64,000 nucleotides of DNA, from the NCBI GenBank assembly GCA_041649315.1, contig JBAZNJ010000001.1:284549-348548 (forward strand). Direction: 5' to 3'. Within the stretch, counting starts at the first letter, position 1. Every line of letters starts with the position of its first letter. Source of the stretch: Patescibacteria group bacterium (lineage in GTDB: Bacteria > Patescibacteriota > Patescibacteriia > Patescibacteriales > UBA12465). The position numbers were made by a program, and so were the translations under genes. The notes under the pieces were generated by a model that was not told the DNA's origin, did no database searches, and saw only the letters and a list, made by a program, of their open reading frames with translations. This document shows, piece by piece, positions 19,887 to 28,574 of this stretch.

Positions 19887-20051
19887 GTAGCCCCTAGGGG
19901 AATCATCGCGCTCACTCGCCGCCATAATGCGGCTCGTTCACTTGTCCGGAGTCGGCGTCGAGTCCTGCGCCAGCTCGGACTCGCCGGCGCTCGTTCGCTC
20001 GTTATTTCTTCCGAAATAACTCGCGCCTCGCTTCCGACTTGTTCGATTCCC
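19887..20051 (-). repeat. tRNA-Glu-associated structured unit 2
   Basis: Minus strand: GGGAATCGAACAAGTCGG...CCGACTCCGGACAAG...GATTCCCCTAGGGGCTAC. Confidence 0.85.
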
Positions 20052-20062
20052 GGCTCGACAAT

Positions 20063-20105
20063 TACAAAATAAAATAACGCACAAAGTGCGTTATTTTATT
20101 TTGTA
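20063..20105 (-). terminator. Terminator-like hairpin between units 1 and 2
   Basis: TACAAAATAAAATAACGCAC-AAA-GTGCGTTATTTTATTTTGTA. Confidence 0.75.
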
Positions 20106-20263
20106 GCCCCTAGGGGAATTCCGCCTCGCGGCGCTTAGCCGCGCCGCTCGTTGCCCGGACGGACCCGATAAACGCTCGCTCGCTCGCGTTTATCGTCGCT
20201 CGATTACTCGAATTCGCTCCGCTCATTCTCGTATCTCGCTCGCCGTCTGTTCGCTTCCCCTAG
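20103..20263 (-). repeat. tRNA-Glu-associated structured unit 1
   Basis: Minus strand: CTAGGGGAAGCGAACAGACGG...CCGTCCGGGCAAC...AATTCCCCTAGGGGCTAC. Confidence 0.85.
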
Positions 20264-20275
20264 TTTACCACCCAT

Positions 20276-20315
20276 TAATTAAAAAACTCTAACATTCGTT
20301 AGAGTTTTTTAATTA
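20276..20315 (-). terminator. Terminator after tRNA-Glu
   Basis: TAATTAAAAAACTCTAAC-N4-GTTAGAGTTTTTTAATTA. Confidence 0.8.
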
Positions 20316-20316
20316 G

Positions 20317-20388
20317 TAGCCCCTAGGGGAATCGAACCCCTGTTATCAGGATGAAAACCTGGTGTCCTAACCACTAGACGAAGGGGCC
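20317..20388 (-). tRNA. tRNA-Glu(TTC)
   Basis: Acceptor GGCCCCT/AGGGGCT, anticodon loop TTTTCAT, T-arm GGTTCGATTCC; C27-A43 mismatch; no encoded CCA. Confidence 0.95.
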
Positions 20389-20443
20389 ATTGCTCTTGCG
20401 ATAATGGCGCAAAATAAAAATCTAAGTCCTTAGATTTAATCTT

Positions 20444-20472
20444 ATTTTATAGATAAACCCATTTTCTGTCAA
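20444..20472 (-). promoter_or_regulatory. tRNA-Glu promoter
   Basis: TTGACA-N17-TAAAAT. Confidence 0.7.
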
Positions 20473-20532
20473 GAATTTTAGGAGCCTGATTCAATAGTTG
20501 TTTTTTTCCTAAAATACCCTACAATAATAGAT

Positions 20533-21606
20533 ATGTATATTTTGGGTATAGAAACCAGTTGCGACGAAAGCGCCGCTTCCATAATTAAAGCCGACCAAAA
20601 AAACGGCCGGCTTCGCGTTTTATCAAACGTAATTTCCTCGCAAATTCCTATCCATAAAAAATATGGCGGCGTCGTGCCGGAGATCGCGGCTCGCGAACAT
20701 GTTTTAAATATTATACCGGTCATCCACGAAGCTCTAAAGACTGCAAAAATCCGACCGAACCAAATAAGCGCCATCGGCGTAGCCAAGGGTCCGGGACTGA
20801 TTACCTCTTTAATCACCGGCGCAGAAACCGCCCGGACTTTAGCTTTTGCCTGGGATAAGCCACTTATTGGCATAAATCATGTTGAAGGCCATATCTACGC
20901 GAATTTTATCGCTCCGCACACGCCAATCCGCTTCCCGGCTATAATTTCAACCGTTTCCGGCGGTCATACGATTTTGTTAAAAATGGATAAGAATTTAAAA
21001 ACTAAAATAATAGGCGAAACGCGCGATGACGCGGCCGGCGAGGCTTTTGATAAGGCGGCAAAAATGATGAATCTCGGCTATCCGGGCGGACCGATTATTT
21101 CCCGTTATGCTGATAAATATAAATCAATCGGAAAAGTTCGGAAAATAGGCAAGGACTCTAAAAATTCTAAAACACTAATCCAGCCGCTTCCCCGCCCAAT
21201 GATAAATTCTGATAACTTTGACTTTTCTTTTTCCGGCCTAAAGACCGCCCTGCTTTATCAGCTCCAAAAAGATAAAAATTGGCAGAAAAAAATCCCGGCC
21301 TATTGCCATGAGATTCAACAGGCAATTATTGATGTTTTAATTCATAAGACGATAAAAGCTGCATCTAAAACCAAGGCGAAAACCATAATGCTTTCCGGCG
21401 GCGTGAGTGCTAACCGCGAACTTCGCCGACAATTAGCGGAAACTATCGCCCTTAAAGCGCCGGGTGTAAATTTTTTAGTGCCGGATTTAGAATATACGAC
21501 CGATAATGCCGCCATGATCGCGGCCGCGGCTTTTTACAAACTAAAAGAAAAGGGTTCGCGCGATTTTTCCCGGCTCCGAGTCGAGGCCGGTTTACAACTT
21601 AAATAA
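20533..21606 (+). CDS. tsaD: tRNA N6-adenosine threonylcarbamoyltransferase
   Basis: LGIETSCDE, HVEGH, DDAAGEAFDK and DNAAMI motifs. Confidence 0.96.
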   Translation: MYILGIETSCDESAASIIKADQKNGRLRVLSNVISSQIPIHKKYGGVVPEIAAREHVLNIIPVIHEALKTAKIRPNQISAIGVAKGPGLITSLITGAETARTLAFAWDKPLIGINHVEGHIYANFIAPHTPIRFPAIISTVSGGHTILLKMDKNLKTKIIGETRDDAAGEAFDKAAKMMNLGYPGGPIISRYADKYKSIGKVRKIGKDSKNSKTLIQPLPRPMINSDNFDFSFSGLKTALLYQLQKDKNWQKKIPAYCHEIQQAIIDVLIHKTIKAASKTKAKTIMLSGGVSANRELRRQLAETIALKAPGVNFLVPDLEYTTDNAAMIAAAAFYKLKEKGSRDFSRLRVEAGLQLK

Positions 21607-21743
21607 GATAAGTTAAAATTCAAATGTTGGCCGGAGTGCTTAAATGTCAATTAAAACACTCGATCAGATAAATATCTAGAATAATTGCAATTCGGTAATA
21701 AAATCATCTAAAAAGTTATCCGGATAAACAACTATATATAAAC

Positions 21744-21817
21744 GGCTCGATGGCGAAGTGGTCTAACGCAGCAGTTTGCAAAACTGCGACTCGTGGGTTC
21801 GACTCCCACTCGAGCCT
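21744..21817 (+). tRNA. tRNA-Cys(GCA)
   Basis: Acceptor GGCTCGA/TCGAGCC, anticodon arm GCAGT-TTGCAAA-ACTGC, U discriminator. Confidence 0.95.
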
Positions 21818-21854
21818 CAAAATAAAAATACTCTAAAAGAGTATTTTTATTTTG
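21818..21854 (+). terminator. Terminator after tRNA-Cys
   Basis: CAAAATAAAAATACTCT-AAA-AGAGTATTTTTATTTTG. Confidence 0.8.
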
Positions 21855-21865
21855 ATGTTTTGAAA

Positions 21866-21891
21866 GGGGAGTCGAACAGGTCAGGAGCGAG
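21866..21891 (+). repeat. Truncated sibling of the tRNA-associated unit at tRNA-Cys
   Basis: GGGGAGTCGAACAGGTCAGGAGCGAG, 24/26 identical to the start of unit 3. Confidence 0.75.
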
Positions 21892-21911
21892 CTAGATATT
21901 CGCTAGCCATA

Positions 21912-21965
21912 TTATCCCCAAACTAATCCCCAAACCTGTGGATAACCTGTGTTTTCTGTGTATAA
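21912..21965. promoter_or_regulatory. Cluster of DnaA-box-like 9-mers
   Basis: TTATCCCCA, TAATCCCCA, TGTGGATAA (perfect) and TGTGTATAA. Confidence 0.55.
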
Positions 21966-22084
21966 AACCATAATTTAAGTCCAGGTTAGCGTGGACTTAA
22001 ACTATTAAAAAGACAATTTAATTAAATTATTTATTTAAATATTAGCAAAAAATACTAAAATATTCCATTTTAAGTCCACAATAG

Positions 22085-22113
22085 TTGACCCTTATTTTTA
22101 AAAGTGCTATAAT
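22085..22113 (+). promoter_or_regulatory. Sigma70 promoter with extended -10
   Basis: TTGACC-N17-TATAAT with TGn. Confidence 0.75.
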
Positions 22114-22119
22114 ATACTT

Positions 22120-22449
22120 AGGTTCATTAACTAGCTCTGGATTCATTACCGACGCTAACGCGGTAAAGAAAAAAGCTTGAGCAAATTAAATTGTGCTAAA
22201 AGAATAAAATTTGATAAAAGTCATAAAGAAATTTTTATTAAAATTTATTAAAAATTAGCAAAAATAATAAAAATTATTTTAAATTTGCTAGGAGCTGGTA
22301 AGAATTATTCTCTAAAGTTAGCAAGAGACTCAAAGTCCTTAATAATAATCAAGAAAAGATTAGAAAAAAAGGACTGAGGCTCATGACGCGGCTATTAATT
22401 AATTTACTTTATTTTATAATAAAGAGCAGCCCGTCATGGGCCTCTTTTG
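22120..22449 (+). ncRNA. Candidate ~330-nt structured ncRNA, family unknown
   Basis: Nested long-range stems and a terminal GC hairpin with U tract; no ORF in the track. Confidence 0.55.
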
Positions 22450-22765
22450 TTATTAAAAACCGATTTAATAGATTTGAGACTTGATTTAATATGTGGTTTA
22501 ATTGACAAAAATGGTTGGTGAAAATACTAAATTTGACGTAATATCAAATCAGAATAAGAAACAATTATAAAACGGATAATAATATAATAAAAAATATTGG
22601 CAAAATCGCTAATCTCGGCTATACTCAAATCATAATCTGCCATATATTCATATAATTCATATCTTCCGGATCGCTAAAATTGCAAATAATCATTATTCAA
22701 CCTATTTTAACGGACGAGCCTGACGAACAAATGCAATAATAAATTTTCCTAATATAAAATAAAAT

Positions 22766-23830
22766 ATGTCATTATCCATCGGTATTGTCGGCCTGCCTAA
22801 TGTCGGAAAGTCAACCTTGTTTAATTTATTAACTAAAAAAGGCGTGGAAGCGGCTAATTATCCTTTTTGCACCATAGATCCGAATGTTGGGGTCGTAAAA
22901 GTACCGGATGAACGTTTAGATAAATTAGCCGCGGTCTCTAAACCGGCTCGAATTATCAATACAACGATTGAATTTGTAGATATTGCGGGTTTAGTCGCCG
23001 GTGCGAGTAAGGGCGAGGGCTTAGGCAACCAATTTTTAGCTCATATTCGCGAATGTGACGCAATTTGCGAGGTTATCCGCGATTTTAAAGATGCTAACAT
23101 TATTCATGTAAGCGGTAAAATCGATCCGGTCGGAGATAAAGAAACAATAAATACCGAGCTAATACTAGCTGATTTATCTTCAGTGGAAAAACGCCTGGAC
23201 AAAATTCGTCGCGAAGCGCGAAGTGGTGATAAAGAATTAAAAATCCAAGAGCTAATATTAGATAAGATATTTAAACAACTGGCGGCCGGAGAGGCGGCGC
23301 GGGAGCTTGAATTTACAGAAGAAGAGCTAATATTCGTTAAAACTTTAAATTTATTAACCATAAAACCACTTATTTACCTCTTAAACATCGACGAGAAACA
23401 TAGCGGCGATGTTCTTCTCGGAACAAAAGAGACGGTTTTGAAAATTAATGTAAAATTAGAGGAAGAAATTGTTAATTTGCCAGCTGAAGAGCAGGCTGAA
23501 TATATAAAAGAGCTTGGATTAGAACAAAGCGGCCTTGATAAGCTAATCAAAACCGCCTATCAAACTTTGGGACTGGAAACATTTTTCACGACTGGGCCGG
23601 ATGAGACTCGCGCCTGGACCATAAAAAGCGGCGCCAAGGCGCCGGAAGCGGCCGGTGAAATCCATACGGACTTTATCAAAGGATTTATTCGGGCGGAAGT
23701 GGTAAATTGGGAAAAATTCGTGGAATGCGGCAGTGAAGCAAAAGCTCGGGAACTCGGTCAGATCCGTACTGAGGGTAAGGACTATATTGTTAAAGATGGA
23801 GATGTGTGTAATTTTTTGATAAATAGGTAA
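22766..23830 (+). CDS. ychF: Redox-regulated ATPase YchF
   Basis: GLPNVGKST, NYPFCTIDPN, DIAGLV motifs and TGS domain. Confidence 0.96.
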   Translation: MSLSIGIVGLPNVGKSTLFNLLTKKGVEAANYPFCTIDPNVGVVKVPDERLDKLAAVSKPARIINTTIEFVDIAGLVAGASKGEGLGNQFLAHIRECDAICEVIRDFKDANIIHVSGKIDPVGDKETINTELILADLSSVEKRLDKIRREARSGDKELKIQELILDKIFKQLAAGEAARELEFTEEELIFVKTLNLLTIKPLIYLLNIDEKHSGDVLLGTKETVLKINVKLEEEIVNLPAEEQAEYIKELGLEQSGLDKLIKTAYQTLGLETFFTTGPDETRAWTIKSGAKAPEAAGEIHTDFIKGFIRAEVVNWEKFVECGSEAKARELGQIRTEGKDYIVKDGDVCNFLINR

Positions 23831-23909
23831 ACGGCTTTATTGGATATTTGGTCTATAAAACAAAAATAGAAGCTTTTGGCTTCTATTTTTTAAACTCGCT
23901 AATTCATTT

Positions 23910-24209
23910 TTACATCTTTTCTAAAAACTCCTGGATAGGCGCAACCAAATCTTCTCTAACATTAGCCTTATCAGCTTCAAATAAATTTTTTGCTTCAATA
24001 ATAGCCTGCTTGAATTTCTCTTGCGCTTCAGACGACATTTTTTCAACGATGGCTGGGCTGTTTAATTCAGAACAACACAAGCTATTCCAAATTTCCACCC
24101 AATCTTTTTTCTGTAATTCAGCTGATAAAATATCAACTTCGCTTTCCGCTCTTTTAACCATAACTTCATTATCATTAGCCGGTTTTTCAAATTTATTAAA
24201 TAATCCCAT
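23910..24209 (-). CDS. Hypothetical acidic protein
   Basis: 99-aa ORF with ATG start; preferred over the overlapping + ORF. Confidence 0.6.
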   Translation of the reverse strand: MGLFNKFEKPANDNEVMVKRAESEVDILSAELQKKDWVEIWNSLCCSELNSPAIVEKMSSEAQEKFKQAIIEAKNLFEADKANVREDLVAPIQEFLEKM

Positions 24210-24286
24210 AAATTTTGTTTTAAATTATTAATTATTTTTAAACCACCTATCTCTATAATACCCCCCCCTCTTAAAAAATCAAGCCC

Positions 24287-25471
24287 CTATACCCTCTCCA
24301 TCACCACTACTTCCCGATAAACTTTCTGTCCGGGCCGGCCGTAAACAATAGTATCGCGGCCGGTTTTTTTTATAAATTCGCTTTGGCGCAAGCTCGCCGG
24401 AACCATATTTAAAATCTTAAACCCCTCGTAACGCGGCGCAATCGGACGCTGACCATAAAATAAAGGCCAAATCATGACAACACGGCCGCCCGGTTTCAAG
24501 ACCTCTTTAAATCCAACCAAAGCCGCGGAATAAAGCTCTTCGAGTTCAGCAATTACCGGCTTAAAATTAATCATTCCTCTCTGCGGCCCTAAAAACGGCT
24601 CGGTAATAATCGCGTCGCCGGAACCGGCTTTAATAAACTTCGCGATATCAACGGCATTTTTAACAACCAGTTTAGTCCGGCAATCTTCAATTTTATATAA
24701 TTCTTTAAGCCAGCTTAAATTTTTATAAGTATCATCAATCGCTTTCGGCGAAATATCCGAACCGAACAATTTTTTATAACCGAGCAGGGCGGCTTCGCTT
24801 AAAATCGTCCCGGAACCACAAAACGGATCAATAATTACGGCATTTTCATCGGTTATTTGCGCTAAATTAATCATAATCTGCGCCAATTTCGGCGGCAACA
24901 TACCGGAACGGTCGTCGCGCGCCGGCCGGCCAAAGTCGCGGCGGGATAAATCTTTAAAGGGCTGGACCGCTAAGGTTTCGCCGATTATCCATTGATTATT
25001 ATTTTTTATCAAAACAACCTCAATCCCCCGAGAAATTAACTTATTTTGGGTAATTACGACACTAGAAAGAGTTTTTTCACGGCTCACAACAAAACGCGAG
25101 CTGATTTTTTTCTCCGTAAAATATTTCTTTGCTTTCAGCCCTAAATCATTTTTATTAACTTCACCCTTCCCATAATTAGAAAAACCAAAATTAAATTTTC
25201 CGGTCGGACCGCTCGCCTGTTTGGCCGCGGCAATTTCCTGTATCTCCGCTACAAGATTTTTTTCCTCGCCGACCGGGATTTCCTTAATAATCCTTCCAAT
25301 TTTAATAATTCCTCCTAGGCGGGCGATAAGTTTAACGGTATCTATTTCCCGCTCAACTTCCGCCGCTAAAAAATCCGTCGCTAACAACCGTGGCTCTTTA
25401 ATATCCAAAACCGCAGCCAATTCGGCTAAAGAAAGGGCGGTGTTTGTGCCTAAAACAAAGAAGTATTTCAT
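24287..25471 (-). CDS. Trm11/UPF0020-like RNA methyltransferase
   Basis: GMLPPKLAQIMINL, DPFCGSGT and TEPFLG motifs. Confidence 0.85.
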   Translation of the reverse strand: MKYFFVLGTNTALSLAELAAVLDIKEPRLLATDFLAAEVEREIDTVKLIARLGGIIKIGRIIKEIPVGEEKNLVAEIQEIAAAKQASGPTGKFNFGFSNYGKGEVNKNDLGLKAKKYFTEKKISSRFVVSREKTLSSVVITQNKLISRGIEVVLIKNNNQWIIGETLAVQPFKDLSRRDFGRPARDDRSGMLPPKLAQIMINLAQITDENAVIIDPFCGSGTILSEAALLGYKKLFGSDISPKAIDDTYKNLSWLKELYKIEDCRTKLVVKNAVDIAKFIKAGSGDAIITEPFLGPQRGMINFKPVIAELEELYSAALVGFKEVLKPGGRVVMIWPLFYGQRPIAPRYEGFKILNMVPASLRQSEFIKKTGRDTIVYGRPGQKVYREVVVMERV

Positions 25472-25716
25472 AATTTTATCTTATACTAATATGCCCCGGC
25501 TGACAATGATTACCCGATGCTATTGTAATTTCTCCGGCTTCATGCTAAACTAAGGGCACAAATTAATAAACCAATATCTTTCCCATATCTCGGGTGCCGG
25601 CTAAGCCGGATCGACTCAAGATAATTCCGCCGATTAACGAGCAGAATTAAAGGTATTCTTTAGCCCCAAAACTATGGAATACTTTGGGGATTTTATTTAA
25701 TAAGAGCAGGTTAGCT

Positions 25717-25941
25717 TGAGGAAGTTTCATGTTTATTGATAGATAATTTAACGCCGTTCGCCGCCAGTATTCCTTCGCTTCGGTAATTTCTGTGGCAAAA
25801 TTCACCGCCTCTTCTCCGCCTCCGCGCCTAGCCGGCGCTCCGGCGGCCGGCGATAAATTTTGCTCTACGAAATTACAGGCGCTCAGGAACACTGTCGCCC
25901 GAACGGCTACTAAGCTATTGATAAGGATGGAAGTTTCCCCA
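25717..25941. repeat. Long palindromic (MITE/REPIN-like) element, copy 1
   Basis: Core 25753-25907 bounded by GCCGTTCG/CGAACGGC; reverse-complement match to 47857-48012. Confidence 0.85.
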
Positions 25942-26000
25942 TAAAAAAATCTTTTAGAAAAAATTTAAATGATTTTAAGCACCTCTCATTTATAATATCT

Positions 26001-26525
26001 ATGTCAAAAACAAAAAAAACCGGAACGACCCATTACGAGATTCTTTTTATCATCCCGAATAAATTCACGGATGAAGAAGCGAAAAAGCTTACGGAAGAAA
26101 TAGAAAAAACTCTAACGGAAAACAATGGCGAAATCAGCCATCGCGAATATTGGGGTAAGAAAAAATTAGCTTATCCGATTAAGCAAAACGTCTATGGGTA
26201 CTACGGGCTCTTTGAATTTGATCTAGAAGGGAAAGACCTGGCTAAAATCGACCAGACCTTCCGGCTCTCGACTAATATTCTCCGCCATCAAATTGTTATT
26301 AAAAAGAAAAAAAGCGATGAGGAGTTAGCACGGGAAAAGGAAATCCAGGTTAAAATCGATTCTAAAAAAGCTACGGAAGATAAAAAACGGGAAGAAAAAG
26401 TAAAAACTTCGTCCCCGTCCGCCACGAGCGCTTCCAAGGTTAAAGAAAAAACTGAGAAAAAAGTAGATCTAAAGGACTTGGACGAAAAACTGGAAGGCAT
26501 TTTAAATGCCAAGGATTTAATTTAA
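26001..26525 (+). CDS. rpsF: 30S ribosomal protein S6 with charged C-terminal tail
   Basis: YEILFII and WGKKKLAYPI motifs; rpsF-ssb-rpsR order. Confidence 0.93.
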   Translation: MSKTKKTGTTHYEILFIIPNKFTDEEAKKLTEEIEKTLTENNGEISHREYWGKKKLAYPIKQNVYGYYGLFEFDLEGKDLAKIDQTFRLSTNILRHQIVIKKKKSDEELAREKEIQVKIDSKKATEDKKREEKVKTSSPSATSASKVKEKTEKKVDLKDLDEKLEGILNAKDLI

Positions 26526-26550
26526 TTAATTTTTCTGAAGCCGCTCTTAA

Positions 26551-27036
<486 letters not shown>

Positions 27037-27093
27037 TTAATAAAAATAAAAGCGCCGCTTCCGTCTCGGACGGCGAGAATTAAAATAAATATT

Positions 27094-27306
27094 ATGAGCA
27101 ATAAAAAAACCAAAGAATGCTATTTCTGCGTTAATAATCTTGATGTTGATTATAAAGACACGCGCACTTTGCGTCGCTTCATCAACTTCTACATGAAAAT
27201 CTTGCCCGGCTCCCGGACCGGCGTCTGTGCCTGGCACCAGCGGAAACTCACGACCGCGATCAAACGCTCCCGCGTGATGGCGCTCTTGTCCGCGACTCAT
27301 AAATAA
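27094..27306 (+). CDS. rpsR: 30S ribosomal protein S18 (Zn-binding type)
   Basis: CYFC, VDYKD and CAWHQRKL motifs. Confidence 0.94.
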   Translation: MSNKKTKECYFCVNNLDVDYKDTRTLRRFINFYMKILPGSRTGVCAWHQRKLTTAIKRSRVMALLSATHK

Positions 27307-27351
27307 ACGGCGATTCTCGCTAATTAAAGACCGGAATAATTTTTAACGCTT

Positions 27352-27909
27352 ATGCTAAACTTCAATGAAATCAAGACCGGCAAGGTCATTAAAATCAATA
27401 ACGAACCCTACGTGATAATCAAAACCGATCATCATAAAATGGGCCGAGGCGGCGCGGTGCTTAAGACGAAATGTCGCAACCTTTTAAGCGGTAATATGCT
27501 AGAAAGAACTTTCCAAGGCGCGGAAAAGGCGGAAGAAGCGGAAACGGAAACGAAAAAAGCGAATTTCATGTATAAGGATAAGGACCAGGCCTATTTCATG
27601 GATAATAAGGATTACGAGCAATTTGATTTGCCGCTCGAGTCGCTCGGCGAACAGGAAAGATTCTTAAAAGACGGGACCGATGTTGATGTGTTATATTTCG
27701 AGGGCCGACCGGCTTCAATCAGCTTGCCGATCAAAATGGATTTCAAAGTCGTAAGCGCGCCGCCCGGAGTAAAAGGAAATTCCGCCGGCAATGTTAATAA
27801 GACCGTGGAAATTGAAACCGGCGCGAAAATCAGCGTCCCGATGTTTATTAACGAAGGCGATGTAATTAGAATTAATACGGAAACTGGAGAATATGTTGAA
27901 CGGGCTTAA
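27352..27909 (+). CDS. efp: Elongation factor P
   Basis: KMGRGGA loop; ETGAKISVPMFINEGD. Confidence 0.95.
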   Translation: MLNFNEIKTGKVIKINNEPYVIIKTDHHKMGRGGAVLKTKCRNLLSGNMLERTFQGAEKAEEAETETKKANFMYKDKDQAYFMDNKDYEQFDLPLESLGEQERFLKDGTDVDVLYFEGRPASISLPIKMDFKVVSAPPGVKGNSAGNVNKTVEIETGAKISVPMFINEGDVIRINTETGEYVERA

Positions 27910-27925
27910 ACGAGTTAAATCGAAT

Positions 27926-27956
27926 AAAAACGCCTCTCCGCTCGGAGCGGCGTTTT
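27926..27956 (+). terminator. Terminator after efp
   Basis: AAAAACGCC...GGCGTTTT. Confidence 0.7.
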
Positions 27957-28010
27957 GTGTTATAATGTAATTAATTAAAGAATTTATTATTTAGCTCGCT
28001 ATCCCCTATA
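27952..28010 (+). repeat. 59-bp promoter-containing repeat, copy A
   Basis: 49/59 identical without gaps to 30357-30415; contains TGTTATAAT. Confidence 0.75.
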
Positions 28011-28012
28011 TT

Positions 28013-28492
28013 ATGGAAAAAAATTTAAAACAATTTTTAATAATTGCCAAACAAAAAAGTTATGCCGGGGGCGGAGAAAAACGCGCCAGAATTTTAACTA
28101 ATGGGCAAAAAGAATACTTGTTTAAAAAAGGCGATCTTAAATATATTGATAGATACCGAGGACATGAAAAATTTTCCGGACAAGAAAAAGTTTTTAAAGC
28201 GACCAAGCTAATATGGACTATGAAATATTCAGGGGGCGTGCTATCTAAAAAAATTTCTCCAGATGATATCTATGCGTTTTTAAGAAAGGCTCTGAAAATA
28301 ATTCCAAAAAATATTCCTTTTAGGGGACCCGAAAAGCTTGTTGAGGGGGATTATAAATACATAAATAAAACAAAAGGCGCTTTAAACGATTTTTCCGGGG
28401 AAGAAAAAATATTTTATAAAGATAAATTAATATATCAACTAAATTATAGTGGCGGGGCTAGTGAAAAAATAAATAACATAGCCATTTTTTGA
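28013..28492 (+). CDS. DUF5680-like protein
   Basis: YAGGG, YIDRY.G..F.G.E.V, WTMKYSG and PFRGP patterns. Confidence 0.75.
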   Translation: MEKNLKQFLIIAKQKSYAGGGEKRARILTNGQKEYLFKKGDLKYIDRYRGHEKFSGQEKVFKATKLIWTMKYSGGVLSKKISPDDIYAFLRKALKIIPKNIPFRGPEKLVEGDYKYINKTKGALNDFSGEEKIFYKDKLIYQLNYSGGASEKINNIAIF

Positions 28493-28574
28493 AATTTGAT
28501 TCTTATGTTAAGATATGTTAATCTTATTAAAATTAAAAAATGAAATTTAACAATTAAATAAAGAGGAGGGGAAA

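Noticed and set aside
19887-20335. CRISPR array (GTAGCCCCTAGGGGAAT repeated at ~215-bp spacing)
   Set aside because: The repeat is the tRNA 3' end, the intervening sequences are too long and mutually homologous, and no cas genes are present
23848-24231. 127-aa + strand ORF and the other short antisense ORFs within large genes
   Set aside because: Shadow ORFs on the opposite strand of better-supported genes
25647-25892. 81-aa minus-strand ORF
   Set aside because: Lies largely within the palindromic repeat element
27952-28530. dif/Xer sites (ATAATGTA and TTATGTTAA fragments)
   Set aside because: No XerC and XerD arm pair with the correct 6-bp spacing
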